Part shown: positions 1-14,558 of the stretch, piece after piece | Position numbering within the stretch: position 1 is the stretch's first letter | How the letters are laid out: every line of letters starts with the position of its first letter | Origin: Eledone cirrhosa | Lineage: Eukaryota | DNA length: 64,000 bases | NCBI GenBank assembly: GCA_964016885.1 | Contig: OZ024741.1 | Span: 141,980,001-142,044,000 of the forward strand | Direction of reading: 5' to 3' | Program-made: the position numbers and the translations under genes | Notes under the pieces: model-generated | What the model was told of the DNA's origin: nothing | Database searches by the model: none | Seen by the model: the letters and a program-made list of their open reading frames with translations, nothing else

Positions 1-185
1 TTTCTACTTTTAAGCACAAGGCCAGCAATTAACCAGTGCATTACTGGTACTTTATTTTATCGACCCCGTAAGGATGAAAGGCAAAATTAACCCCGGCGGG
101 ATTTGAACTCAGAATGGCAAGGGCCGTAACTCTATGCGTCAAAGCATGGCGTCCGACCCTCTACCGATACTGCCAATCCACCGCC
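1..185 (-). mobile_element. tRNA-derived SINE, family A (octopus-like)
   Basis: Reverse strand has an A-box-like TGGCAGTATCGG, a B-box GAGTTCAAATCC, a body GACTTTGCCTTTCATCCT..GGGGTCGATAAAATAAAGTACCAG and a tail GCCTTGTGC..AAAGTAGAAA. Other approximate copies: 5140-5345, 21775-21965, 27565-27715, 31475-31845, 37075-37450, 39285-39460, 49665-49760. Confidence 0.85.
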
Positions 186-358
186 ATTAATAATAATAAT
201 AATAATAATAAGACGATTTGTTATGACTTCATTATGTTTATTGAGTAGTGACGCGGGTTTCGATATTGATCAGCTCTGGGTTCTATCTGTATCGATCCAG
301 CCCGACTTTGGAATCAAAAGCTCGTCGGACTTCTGATGTGGTAATGACAGAAACACAC

Positions 359-415
<57 letters not shown>

Positions 416-486
416 AATGGCTTCTACAGGACTAGAACTGTTTCATTACTTACTGTGGTTACCCCCGATTGAACCCGGGATAAACT

Positions 487-527
<41 letters not shown>

Positions 528-724
528 TATTTTTATTGTTTGACCCGAATTACTTGGTCGCTTGTTTTGGCTGTGCGGATGATCTGTTTAACTATCATCT
601 CAGTGTGTTTGGCCCTTAACGTATGTTGTAGCTCTGATTCACATGAATCATCGAGCGCCTGCCACACATATCGGATGTTGATTTTCGTTAATTCCTGAGC
701 TGAAATACGATTCTCGCTAATTTA

Positions 725-780
<56 letters not shown>

Positions 781-3154
781 TACGTTATTCCGGGTTGAAT
801 CGGAGGTAACCACATATATATATATATATATCATGTATATACAAACGAAAAGGAGCAATGTGGAAGTTGATATTATTTGGGAATTTTCCGAAAACTATAC
901 TTGCAAAATACTTCGAAAAAAACTTTGTTTATGATGATTGTTGTTGTTTGTTCATATGTTGTTCTTTTTGTTGTTCGTTGACGCGGTGATGTTGTTGATG
1001 CGTTGTTGTTCATGTTGTTGATGTGTTGTTGTTGTTTGTTGATCTGGTGTTGTTGTTTGGTGTGTTGTTGTTGCTGTTGCTTGTTGATGTGTTGTTTGTT
1101 GATGTGTTGTTGTTTTTAACATTCCAATTACTGTTTAGAAAGTAAATTATTACGCATGTCCTTTGCAACTTTGTATAAGAAACTCTCCGCACTATAATTG
1201 TTCTTCATGAAAAATATATACTTGATTGTCGTTATGACTATTGTGTGTAAGAAGGGAAAAACTATAGAATCAAATACGCACTATATCGATCACTGTGGTG
1301 ATTCGACAGATCGATATTTCCATTCACTACGTGACCAACAGTTTTCGGAAAAGACAGAATTATACAAATTTATTATGGTGTTGGAGTGGGGGTCCGGTAG
1401 ATTGATATCTCATTTCACATACGTGACCTATACATACATATATATATATATATATATACAGAGAGAGAGAGGGGGGAGTGTGTGTGTGTGTGAATGAGAG
1501 AAAGAGAGGGGGCAGACTGAGAGAGAGAAAGAGAGAGAAGAGAGAAATAGATACAATTTTTCTGATTCTTTGTTTGTTAGAACTTTTTATATGAGTCGGC
1601 AGAAGCCAACTATGCCATAAAAAATGTATCAGTGCAACAGGGGTGGTTGATTGGTTGAATTGTTACACGGGTCAGACGGGAAGCTTCGCGGTATCTGATC
1701 CGGTACTATAGTTCTGAGATCGAATCCCGCCTCCTTCAACCAGAATTTACGACAAACAGACAGTACCAGCATGCAACAGTAGAGATGACTCATTGAAGTA
1801 AAGCAACCATTGGAATAGCTTTATCTTCCTGAGAGAAGGATGAAACACGACGGTGATGAGAATATTTTTGGAAGACTGTCATTTTTTCGTGACAAGTCCT
1901 CGACTATTCTGTGAATCCTCCGTGTCTAAATTCTCAAGGATGTTCAGTGAATTGTAGTTATCTTCTTTAGGCAGAGTTTTGGTAACCTGATTGAAGACCT
2001 CGAAATTTTGAAGTTGTACTTATCTGGCATGGAAGCCTAAGATGCAGTTGCCTGGCAAGTGACTTGATATGGGAGTATATGTTGTAACTAAGGCAATTAG
2101 ATCGTGGAAGAGTCATTTTAGACACAGTTGTACTTGTCTGGCAAGTGATCTTAGCTGAGATTGCAATTAAGTCGTGGAAAAATCATTCAAAAACACAAAA
2201 ACTGATAATTCATTTTACATGTATCGCTTATTTCTGGGTATCAATTTTTTTTATCGTGTTGATTGCGACCTGGTCACTGACACTGTTCCACTTTCAAGTT
2301 CACTTTATATTTATCATTTATTTCTTGGTGTCAACTATTTTGTCGCATTATTCGTTACGTAGTTACACTGCAGTTGTTCTTTTTCTTATTGCAAAACATA
2401 GTCTTTCTTATTATGGTCTGATTATTAAAACAGATATATCTATCATCATTATTCTTGAAAACTAAAAGAGTGATGATATAGGCAGAATTATTAGAGGGTC
2501 TGACAAAATACCACGTGGCATTCAGTTATAGTCATTTATGTTCTGATTTGCTTTGCAATATTTTTCGTGGTTAAATGACATATAAATTAGTACAGGATAA
2601 AAACGCCCATGTTGGAAAAGCAAGATTTGTTAAATTTCATAATAATAATTATTTAGATTTCATCGGTAATTCAACAGCAAACATAATAATCAATGATAGT
2701 TGTTAGAGAATAATATGCCGGAAGTAACGTTGACATTAAATGTGGTGAGAACGTGATTCCCAACATCAACAAAAATATTTAGTAAACCAGAGAAAAGCAC
2801 AAAACCAAAATGTTTTCTAATTCGTTGTTGTATCCACTTGACACAAATTGAAAGAGATGCCATGAGTGTGGTCACGTATGCGTCAATATGGCTACTAGAA
2901 CCAGACATAGTAGAGTGATATAGAAACAAGAAGGGTGTGAAGAAGTAGCAAAATATATAAATGAAATGTTAAAGGAATTTCGGTGCTAGATGCTATAAAC
3001 AAGAAAATAATGTTATACCACCAATCATGAAATGATGTTATATATTTTAGTATGTTTTTATTCAACAGATTACTGGAGAGTCTAATCAAAAACATGACTT
3101 CCATTTACAAATTGACACATCTATATGGAGCTACATTAAATGTTTTTGCTGTTG

Positions 3155-3450
3155 GACCCCACCAGTTTCGACGATGAGTGTTAAGTTGCTTGATCAACAC
3201 AACAAACCACGTGTAGATGGCTGAGTATTTCCTAGACTCGTGCACCCTTAATGTAGTTCTCGGGGAAATTCACCGTGACACTATGTGACAGCTGGTCATT
3301 TTGAATTCCAAGTAAATTCGTTTTACTGCTGAGTTGAATGGAACAACGAGAAATAAAGTGTTTGACTCAGACACATGTCACCTGGAATCAAACTCACTAT
3401 CTTACCATCGTGAGCCAAACACCCTAGACTCTAATACATGTGCCTTCTCT
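3155..3450 (-). mobile_element. tRNA-derived CORE-like SINE, family B (decayed)
   Basis: Matches the family B consensus (tRNA head, TTGTGTCCTTGAGCAAGACACTTTATTTC core, TTAAGGGTACACGTG body) seen at 5497, 13120, 22730, 33505, 54625 and 56330. Confidence 0.75.
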
Positions 3451-3629
3451 TCTTGATATACTCTACCAAATTAGGTTCAAGCCTACAATTTCCACAATAA
3501 CCATTACTTCATGACTATTGGTTTTACAAACAGTTTGTTAGACGTTTACTGGCTTAGTTTATTGCGAATGTTAATGTATTATACGTAGACAGGAATTAAC
3601 AGCCTACTCATTAATGTGTAATTTGATCT

Positions 3630-3970
3630 GCATTCATAGACACATGTATCCTTAAGGTGATTCTCGGGGATATTCATCGTGACACCGTGTGTGTAACAAG
3701 TCTAGATCATTGAATTATAGTTACCATTCATCTTGTATTATAGTGTAAGTAACTTGGCATACCACAGGCACGTGTACCCTTAATGTAGATCTTAATGAAG
3801 ATTCAGTATGACACAGTGTTAGATAAGGCTGGACATTTGAATTACAAGTACAGTCCATCTTGTATCATAGAGTAAGTAGCTGAGCATGCCACAGACTCCT
3901 GTATCTTTAACATAATTCTCAGGGAGATCCAACGTAACACGGTGTGGAACAAGGCTGTCTCTCTGAATAA
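3630..3970 (-). repeat. Three tandem ~125-bp copies of an internal SINE-B segment
   Basis: CACAGACACGTGTACCCTTAATGTAG..GTGACACAGTGTG..TGAATTACA recurs near 3640, 3765 and 3890. Confidence 0.7.
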
Positions 3971-5496
3971 CAGAAAAGCATTGTCTATCCGAAGACCTTC
4001 AAAACAGTTTCTCTCTATTCAGTTTCATACACAAAGCATGAGTTGACCCGAGACTATGGTAAATGACACATCAGATGCCACACAATGGGATCGAACGCGG
4101 ACCTAATGATTTCGAGTGAAATTTTTAATCATTCGACCATGCTGCGGTAACTAAATTATTGTAGGGAAACAACATTATATAAACTATAAAGAAAAAGGAT
4201 ATTTACGTGTTTTAGTATGTACGATGTATCATACTTTCTTAGTTTACAATTCTTCAGAATCTATTTGATATATTTTCAGTAAGTAAAGACTCTGGCATGA
4301 AATAATAGTCCTGGCAGAATTCCTCTGCTAGAAACCGTTGGAGGCATTTATTTTGGCATGCAAGATGTCTTCCTCCTGCAATTACCGTTTTTAACATCGA
4401 CCTCTCTGAGAAGTTATTAGTAAAAAGAAATACTTCTCTCATATTTTGTTGACATCTGAAGCGAAACTCTATGTGCACTGACTCTATCCGGGTTTGCCAG
4501 CACCCAAATCGATGGAGAAGAAAAAATAGTGCTATTTATTTACAATGCATTACGAATGACATCAGAGAAAAAAACTTTCCAAGATGTTTAATGTTGTTCT
4601 TTGGGGAAAATATTCGAGATAATATAAATGCTCTCTTATTTCTTAGATTCTGTTTACCTTTTATGATAACCATAATTGAATGGAAGCTGGCAGATATTCA
4701 ACTGACAAAATAACATAGTTATTATATGAAGTGTTGTTATATTATCGCCGTACTTACCTCCCCTGAAATGGGAACATATAAAACACGGATATTCATTTAG
4801 TTGGTTGAGAAAATTATGATGATTTGTATATAAACGTTGATGCTTTAATATAAAAATATAGAAGTATTATAAACAAAAACAAAAACACGAAGCGATATAG
4901 TTTGCGGATATAGAAACAAGAAGATATGAATTCAGTGCTATTTATAATGTCTAAATTGGGGACAAAGTTAGGTCTTATGGTATTTTATACAGTTATAACT
5001 AACTTATATATCCTGCAATTTCCCTATGGGGGCGTAACACTAAATATGTAGAATACAATGATGTGATCATTTGTGACAACTATGAAGCTGAAAATCTGCT
5101 ACCTAGTGTCATTAGTATTTAACACAATAAAGGGACATATATTGGCAGAATTGTTAGAGCGTTGTACAAAAAGTCTTTGCAGTATATAGTTACAGCTCTT
5201 TACGCTCTGAGTTTAAATCTCGCCGGAGTCAACTATGATGTTCATCCTTCACAGGTCAATGAAATAAAGTATTGGGATTGATTTAATCAACTTTACTCTT
5301 CCCCAAAATTTTAATGGCCTTATTTTTTAAATTAGAAATCAATATTTAACACTCTGATGGGTTCTGTATTGGTAGAATTGTTAGAGCGGTGGACAAAATG
5401 ATTTTCTGTTCTTTCTTCACGTTCTGATTTCAAATCCCGTCGAGGTCAATTTCAGGGGTCGATAAAACAAATATGGCTATAATTATCTTCGGTTGA

Positions 5497-5630
5497 GGCA
5501 TGTGGCTGAGTGGTTAAAGAATCGGATTCGCAATCGTGATGTTGTGAGTTCGATTCCCGGACCGGGCGATGCGTTATGTCCTTGAGCAAGACACTTTATT
5601 TCACGTTGTTCCTTCTACCTGGAGTTGAGA
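5497..5630 (+). mobile_element. CORE-like SINE family B, 5' part
   Basis: TGGCTGAGTGG (A box), GAGTTCGATTCC (B box), then TGTCCTTGAGCAAGACACTTTATTTCACG. Confidence 0.8.
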
Positions 5631-6369
5631 CTGATAGATAGTATTAGCAATTGGAAAGACCAATGAAAACATGGTTTCCTTGGTCCGATTTGACGAATTT
5701 GACATTTGGCTAAAACTATTCATATTAAAGAAAGCGGCTAATTGAGAAAAAAAAGAAACTGAAATAGGAAATATACTTTTTACTAAATATACTAGCAGAA
5801 AAACCACCCTTCGGGTGGTTTTCTGCTAGCATGTGTAATATGCATATTGATATTATACGCAAGTATATATGCATGTAGATATGATACATAAAATAAAATC
5901 GTAGTTGACAATATACACAAAAAAATTGAACGAAGACTGCGTAACAGTCTTATGTAATCAGTAACGTTATCCATGATACATTAAAAAAAAGACGATATTA
6001 TATATAAACTCCATTCGGAGAAAATTAGTGACGGAAATATATGAATGTTTATTTAAGCGATCGCTAACCGGAAGTGTTGACATTTGAAAATTTTGAAGAA
6101 GTGAATTTTAAAATAAACAACAATATTATTTATATTTAATCAAGAATAACGAAATTTAGTAGATAAATTATGTAATATTCATTCATTATTTATTAAAAGT
6201 AATCCAACTTATTTTACAAACGGGATAAAAAAAAATACATTCTGGACGCAGTCCCGCTCCCCTTACTTTACTATTGTTTAGATATTCCATACTCCAAAGA
6301 TAGAGGAGGAAGAAAAGAAAACGTTATTTCATACAGACGGTAAAAGCATTTACACTTCATTCATAAGAA

Positions 6370-6381
6370 CCTTCTTCTTCT

Positions 6382-6412
<31 letters not shown>

Positions 6413-6765
6413 TTCCCTCTTATTTCTGGGGGATCCTATCAGAAGCAACCGCCTCCAATTCATCCGGCTGGATCATCAAGCAAGACTAAACGAGTTCATT
6501 GATGATATTCAACCATCTTGCTCCAAGTCTACCTCTGGGTCTCCTGTCGGTTGGCTTTGCCCGTAAAATCTGTGAAGCGATTCTTGCCTTAGACATTTTA
6601 TTCACATGTCCGTAGTATCGGAGTTGTAATCTCTCAATTCGGAGAAGTAGTAACTCTACCTGGAGCGACTCCCTGATCTCCGAGCCACGTACTCTATCGA
6701 GTATCTTGCAGGCAAAACCCATTTCCGATCATATTCTTCCGATTATTACTCAAGATCCATAAGCT
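6370..6765 (-). mobile_element. RTE-clade LINE 3' fragment with (GAA)n tail
   Basis: Translation EIRESLQV..IERLQLRYYGHV..RRPRGR is the typical RTE C-terminus; (CTT)n at 6370-6415; same family at 53706-54163. Confidence 0.8.
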
Positions 6766-6889
6766 CCTATATTTAAATGATATATTAAGCAGTCCGCGTT
6801 TACTTCTTTCTCTTTCTTAAATATGAATATATATATATGTTTGTGTGTGTGTGTGTGTGTGTGCACGCGCGCGCGCGTGTCTGTGTATG

Positions 6890-6941
<52 letters not shown>

Positions 6942-7261
6942 CCTTAGCTACTTACTACATTCAGTAAATTTTTGGCGCTTCGGGGGATGCGAATAAACAA
7001 AAAAAGAAACAGACTGAAAATGATATTAATAGATAATGAAGCAAGTCGCTTTAACTTGTGGCCGCATAAATTAGAGAGGCTGCGCTGTTGAAGAAGTATT
7101 ATAGTGAGTTAGTGAGAGTAATACACAATACAGATTTATCTTATCGTCTTAAAGAAGTAACACATGCAAAGTTAAGAAGGTAATTCAATTATTCTATTGA
7201 TCCAATGCTGACTTAACATAATTCCACTTGCACGGGTGGTGTGTAACATCTGGGAGGTATT

Positions 7262-7658
<397 letters not shown>

Positions 7659-7659
7659 C

Positions 7660-10239
7660 GAGGGGGACAGTGATGTGAATGCCGAGGAGTTCCATGAGGA
7701 AGTGTGTAGAGCTGTCAACACCACTCAGGCACACAATATCCTGCTTGTTTTGGGGGACTTCAATGCACATCTGAGTAAGGAGGGCAGTGAAGATCCTTGC
7801 TGGTACTTCCATAACAACACCAACCGAAATGGAAGACTACTGAGAGACACCCTGCTGGAGGCGAACTTGATGGCGACCAACCTAAGGTTTAGGAAGAATC
7901 TGGGGAAGATGTGGACCTACATCTCAGATGTGCACCTGTCCAAGTCCCAGATTGATTTCATTCTGGTGAGGAAAAAGTGGCGGAATAGTGTTCTGAACAC
8001 GGAACCATACAGCTATTTCAGTACACTGGGTAGTGACCACCGGCTTGTTATGAGTGAGGTCCGCGTGAGCTTAAGAAAGAGCAAGGCTCAGCCCCGGAGA
8101 ACAATCTATGACTGGGGAGCTTTCAAGGAAGATGATAAGCTACAGGAGAGGTTCACAGTGGAAGTGAGAAACAGGTTTAGTGCTCTGTGTGGAGAGTCAG
8201 AGGAGAGAGAGATTGGATGGACTGAGGAGAGTGTGACGAGGAGGTACGGGCACTTCACCAATGCAGTGGCGAAAGCAAGTGAAACCCTGGTGCCGAGGAA
8301 AAAGAACAAAGGGAAGCACGTCAGCTCTGCAGACCCAAAAGTGTGTGCAGCCAGAGAACACCTGAAAGCTGCCAGGGACCAATTCTATGCTGATCCTACG
8401 GAGGAGATGATGGAGACTGTGGAGGTGATGAGGGAAGAGCTCTGTACCGCTTACACTGAGGTCAGAGAGGAGGCACTGATAGAGAAGATCAGAAGTGTGG
8501 AGAGAGCGGTTGACAGATCTGGATGTAAGGAGAGCTGGATGATCATCAACGAGATCACAGGGAGGAAGAAAAGGTGTTCGAGTCAGATCCAGGGAACGGG
8601 GCCCGAGGATAGGAAGAGGAAATGGCTAGACCATTTTAGGACCCTACTAGGAGAGCCACCCTCCACAGCCCAGAGCACTGGGGAGATCAGGCGGCTGTTT
8701 GAGGAACTGGATGTTGAGACAGAGCCCTTCACCAGAGAGGAGCTTCAGAGAGCCAAGAAGAAGATCAAGGAGGGCAAGGCTCATGGAGAAGATGGAGTAG
8801 CATCAGAGGTGATGAAGTGGTGTGATTTTGATGATATCATCCTGGGGTTCTGTAACGGGGCACTGGAGAAGGGAGTTGCCCCGAATCAGTGGAGGATCAG
8901 TAACATCGTCCCAGTGCCAAAGAAGGGAGATCTCTCTAACACCAACAACTACCGGGGGATCTCACTGACGTCACTTGTGGCAAAGACCCTCAACAGGATG
9001 ATTCTTAACAGGATCCAGCCTGAGATGGAGAAGAAGCTCAGGGACAACCAGAACGGCTTCAGAGAGGGTAGATCAACCACCAGTCACATCCTGATGCTGA
9101 GGAGGATATTAGAGGGAGCTAGAGCAAAGTGCCTTCCTGCGGTCATGGTTTTCATTGACTTTAGGAAGGCCTTTGATTCTGTGGACCGTTACTGCCTGAT
9201 GAAGATCTTACAGGCTTATGGAATCCCCAAGAGGATAGTGGACCTGATATCACTGCTCTACACCAACACCAAAGCCCAAGTCATTACACCTGATGGGATG
9301 ACAGAGTTCTTTGAGATACTGGCTGGAGTGCTCCAGGGAGATACATTGGCTCCCTACCTTTTTATCATCGTAGTGGACTATTGTATGCGCCTTGCACTGG
9401 AGAAACACCAGGACTCTGGCTTTACTGTAGCACCGGCTCAGAGCAGGAGAGTTGGGGCGAAAAAGGTATCGGATGCTGAATTTGCCGACGACATAGTTTT
9501 GGTGACAAATACAGTGAAGGAGGCAGAGGATTTGATGCGGGAGGTTGAGACTGTGTCGATGAGTGTGGGGCTGAGAATGAATGAGACTAAAACAAAATAT
9601 CTGGTAGAGAATGTTGAGAAGCCAGAGGGGATCACTAATGTAGGCGGGAAGCCGCTGGAATTGGTTGAGGACTTCCTGTATTTGGGAGCAAAGATTGGGA
9701 ATACGGAAGATGATGTGGTTGAGAGGAAGAGCAAGGCCTGGGCAGCGTGCCACAGCTTGAGATCGGTGTGGAAGTCGGACCTTCGTAGAGACCTGAAAAT
9801 CCGCCTCTTCATTGCTGTAGTGGAGTCTGTGCTGCTGTATGGGTCTGAGACTTGGACACTGACCAAGAGACTCACTCAGATGGTGGATGGGTGCTACACG
9901 AGAATGCTGAGGATGGCTCTGAACATTAATCAGTATACACTGAGGATGAAAAACTCAGAGCTGTATGGGAGCCTCCCAAAAGTCAGCTCAAAAGTGACAC
10001 AGAGGAGACTGAGGTTGGCTGGACATGCTCACCGACATCCAGAGTTGACATTGCACTCCGTGCTCCTTTGGGAGCCCCTACATGGACACACTGGAAGAGG
10101 AAGACCAAGGTTAACATATGTTGATGCCCTAAGGACAGACACTGGTCTGTTGGAGACGCAGGACATGGCAGCGATAATGAGGGACAGAGACCGCTGGAGA
10201 GAACTCGTCCATGGATCTCGGGAATTTTACCCGCCTTAG
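7660..10239 (+). CDS. RTE-clade non-LTR retrotransposon ORF (AP endonuclease C-terminal half plus reverse transcriptase), 5'-truncated, open
   Basis: APE motifs LGDFNAH, QIDFILV and SDH; RT motifs [41 protein letters not shown] and FLYLG; C-terminal GRGRP. About 860 uninterrupted codons. The track's 7228 start is microsatellite read-through. Confidence 0.95.
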   Translation, partial: EGDSDVNAEEFHEEVCRAVNTTQAHNILLVLGDFNAHLSKEGSEDPCWYFHNNTNRNGRLLRDTLLEANLMATNLRFRKNLGKMWTYISDVHLSKSQIDFILVRKKWRNSVLNTEPYSYFSTLGSDHRLVMSEVRVSLRKSKAQPRRTIYDWGAFKEDDKLQERFTVEVRNRFSALCGESEEREIGWTEESVTRRYGHFTNAVAKASETLVPRKKNKGKHVSSADPKVCAAREHLKAARDQFYADPTEEMMETVEVMREELCTAYTEVREEALIEKIRSVERAVDRSGCKESWMIINEITGRKKRCSSQIQGTGPEDRKRKWLDHFRTLLGEPPSTAQSTGEIRRLFEELDVETEPFTREELQRAKKKIKEGKAHGEDGVASEVMKWCDFDDIILGFCNGALEKGVAPNQWRISNIVPVPKKGDLSNTNNYRGISLTSLVAKTLNRMILNRIQPEMEKKLRDNQNGFREGRSTTSHILMLRRILEGARAKCLPAVMVFIDFRKAFDSVDRYCLMKILQAYGIPKRIVDLISLLYTNTKAQVITPDGMTEFFEILAGVLQGDTLAPYLFIIVVDYCMRLALEKHQDSGFTVAPAQSRRVGAKKVSDAEFADDIVLVTNTVKEAEDLMREVETVSMSVGLRMNETKTKYLVENVEKPEGITNVGGKPLELVEDFLYLGAKIGNTEDDVVERKSKAWAACHSLRSVWKSDLRRDLKIRLFIAVVESVLLYGSETWTLTKRLTQMVDGCYTRMLRMALNINQYTLRMKNSELYGSLPKVSSKVTQRRLRLAGHAHRHPELTLHSVLLWEPLHGHTGRGRPRLTYVDALRTDTGLLETQDMAAIMRDRDRWRELVHGSREFYPP

Positions 10240-11068
<829 letters not shown>

Positions 11069-12195
11069 CTCAATACGAAATCTGTGAAATATGTGTTTGT
11101 GTTTCTTGATCCGCACTTCCCCATTTATCTTTAATATATCCGATTAAACTAAACTGTATTCCGTTATCTTGATTTAATCCACAGGACGTCATTATTGTAA
11201 ATGATTTAAGAGCAACAGAAGCAACAGTATATTTTATATATCTAGCGCAACAAACTAAGATTAACAGGAAGACATTTCTTTAGCTAATTTGATTTCGTTA
11301 TAAACATTATTTATTTATTTATTCATATATATATTTATTTTTTGTAGAAAATTGAGCAAATTGTAAACGCCACTTTAATTTAATTTTAAAAGCTTGCGTC
11401 AAATAATGAGGATATCGTAAAAATCTAAAAAGAAATGAAAATATAGTTACGAATACGAGTATTTCAGATTTTGTGATAAGCAGGTTAGATGTAATCAAAT
11501 AAATATTCAACATATTGCTGCTGCAGGAATAGCAAAGAATTATGATAGAATCTAAACCTATCTCCTCAATGATCATATTTTCTTTTAAAGAAGAAATCTA
11601 TTCAAAATCCTCGGGAATATAGTCAGAGGAAGTAGAGTCCAGTTTACTGGCTATGTCCCCTGTGGTCGGTGGATTCCTGGAGCTATATATACGTGTGTGC
11701 GTGTGTGTGTGTGCGTGCGCGCGCGCGCGAAATGTTCGTGGCTCGGAAATCTGGAAGAGCACAGATCTGAGTAGTAGTCGAAGCATGTTTTGGTAAAGAG
11801 TTGGTATTTTAATTCATAAAATCCTAACGCAGAACTCCTTTTCAGCTCATCTGCAACCTTAATATGTTTAAAGCTAGTAAGCTTTCATCAACAGAATATT
11901 TTACTCGTGAAATTAACATGCAAGTTGCTGAGCATTATTGAATGTGTTCGCACATCATTTGTATAGTTTTATAGGCATGGTTCTGGACTGACAGACAACA
12001 TGCGCTAGGTAATTCCTTTTAAAAGTTAGAATGTCTATTACGTAGCAGTGATAAGGTGCGTAAGGATAGTTATATCAAATAACCTGGATGATGAAAGTGA
12101 ATGAAAAGATGTGTGTGAAATATTCTATAAACGCTGACAGAAAAAAGACGAGAATTTATCAAAGAAGAGAACTGAATGTAGCAACATATAGCGCG

Positions 12196-12226
<31 letters not shown>

Positions 12227-12228
12227 AA

Positions 12229-12306
<78 letters not shown>

Positions 12307-13119
12307 CTTCGCAGATATTTATTTAAAAAGGTATAGCAAACAAAATCACTTGATTAAAAATAAGGTGAAATTTATCTATGCCAACAATAAATTTTTATTA
12401 TTTTCCTATGAATGTTTTATTACTATTTAATAGATATTTGTGTTTCTTGTATCTATTTATTCAGACTTCCGAGACTGAAAAATGATGTTGAAAAGAAATA
12501 AATTCAATTTAACAGTAATAAAAACTACATTAAATTGACGAAAACTGTGTTTAGTTCAAATTAAAAGCCCTCCGACAGGAAAAAGAATAATAGTTTATTT
12601 TGTAGCTGAATGATGTAAAATAGCAATTTATTTTCACTGGAGATAGTGAAATGTTTTTTTTAAACATTTATTTCATTACAATGCAAGGACCAAATGTATT
12701 ATTTTAAGTCTATCAATGTGTTTAATTATTATACAACACACAATAGAAATTCCATTTGTTACGTAGTTTGATTAAAAGAAAGAAACACTAAAAATATTAA
12801 ATGCCGTGAGTGTGACTCATTTAAAACATTGTTATAAAACTTTCTTCTTTTGGGCTTTGATATCAGTAGGAAATAATGCAATAACCGCATAGAAAGAGAT
12901 ATGTTCGCAACAAACGAAGAGTGTTTAACAGTTTCAAATCTTCCGTTGAAGTAATTTCACATTAACGGTGGTTCTTAGTTCTTTGTCAAATGTATAATCT
13001 TATATACAACATTTAACAATTGACTTGACTTCTCACCGTTATGGTTCTAATACCATCTAATATATATTGCATCTTGCGGGATGTTTAGATATATATTTAT
13101 ATATACAGTATAATATACT

Positions 13120-13400
13120 GGACCTCCATCAGTTATAAAACGAATGTCCCAGTTGTTCGAACAACGGAACAGCCTGCTCGTGAAATTAAAGGGAAAGTGG
13201 CTGAGTTCTCGGGGAGATTCAGCATGACACAGTGTTTGACAGGACATGCCCTTTTAAATTATAAGTACAAATCATTTTCGCTGCCGCGTGGAAAAGAGAA
13301 AAGTGAAACAAAGTGTTTTGCTAAATGATACAGCATGCCGCCGAGATCGGACTCGCGATCATGAACCAAATACCCTGAACATTAAGCCACGTGCTTTCAT
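13120..13400 (-). mobile_element. CORE-like SINE family B
   Basis: CAACGGAACAGCCTGCTCGTGAAATTAA..TAAGCCACGTG matches the other family B copies. Confidence 0.75.
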
Positions 13401-14262
13401 GATACATACGCTACGGAGATTTATAAACTAACGGTGGAAGTTAGTTTCATTGACATTGAACTAAGAAATTACAGCTTCAAACAAAATTTTAAAAGTAACA
13501 AAAAATATTAAACACCAACGAAAGACAATCCCCGACATTTTAACAAAATATAACTTGATAAGGCAGGAGACTGAATTAAATGCAAGAATTGCACGAACTG
13601 GTGCAGTAATGCTCCATTTTCAACACTCGATCATCGGATGGGTGGTAGGTGTTAAGAGCCAAACTCACTATCTTTAATTTGGAGTTCATGCCTACCTTTA
13701 CCTACGGTCATGAATCTTTACGTGAAAGTCATGTGCAGTATTTTGTTGTTTTTTTATATACATAGACTTGGTATCTAATAAATAAAAAATACGTTGTAAA
13801 TATTTCGTAAATTCTACGAAATACATGTTACAATAGTTTTAACTGAACTACTTGTGTACATTTTACAATTTTATATTATTTATTTCCAAATATCTTACAT
13901 ATCTATTTCCATGCTTCAAAATATATTTAAAAACTTTTAAGTTATAAATTATGTGTTAAATTGTGAATCCTTCAGGAAATTAACTTCGTCTCTTCTACTA
14001 TCAAATTAATTAGAAAAGCGAAAAGTTTGAATATATTCCAATGGGTTTAGATATTTTTAAAATAATTTTTAGAGTTTGGTAATCAAGAAATTACTATTGG
14101 TTTAAAAGATGACTGCAAATATTTACATGACTACAATTTCTAACAGTCTAATGACCTGGTTATAATGTATTCCTTTTGCGTTATTCTTTCTCAGCGGGGA
14201 AAATGTCTAGTAGTACACATATATATACATATAAGGGAGAGAAATAGGAGGGGGGGGGGAAT

Positions 14263-14314
14263 GACTTCTACAGAACTAGAACTGTTTCATTCGTATGAAA
14301 TCATCAGGAATGTC
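14263..14314 (-). ncRNA. Type I hammerhead ribozyme-like motif
   Basis: Minus strand: GACATTC CTGATGA T-TTC-ATAC-GAA-T GAAA CAG-TTCTAGTT-CTG TA GAAGTC. Stem II is weak. Confidence 0.55.
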
Positions 14315-14413
14315 CTGACAATTTTTTCATACGAATGAAACAATTCTAGTCCTGTAGAACTGTAAAAGTCATTTCTATATAGAATAAAGATGCATATACT
14401 CTACCAGTGTATT

Positions 14414-14457
<44 letters not shown>

Positions 14458-14487
14458 AGATCAAAAGATGGTTAAAAGAGTTCCAAG

Positions 14488-14558
14488 TATTTTATTATGC
14501 GCATTTCAAAAACAAATATCATCATGAGATGATATCTGCGTTTTCATCAGATAAAATA
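14488..14558 (-). ncRNA. Type I hammerhead ribozyme in the PLE 3' region
   Basis: Reverse-complement copy of 17575-17642. Confidence 0.85.

Noticed and set aside
930-1192. Asn/Thr-rich 60-aa ORF
   Set aside because: Degenerate (GTT)n repeat.
2690-3104. Possible coding remnant (plus-strand KRCHECGHVC motif)
   Set aside because: Multiple stops and no recognisable family.
4225-4262. Minus-strand CTGAAGA..GAAA hammerhead-like spacing
   Set aside because: No stem II pairing and no UH cleavage site.
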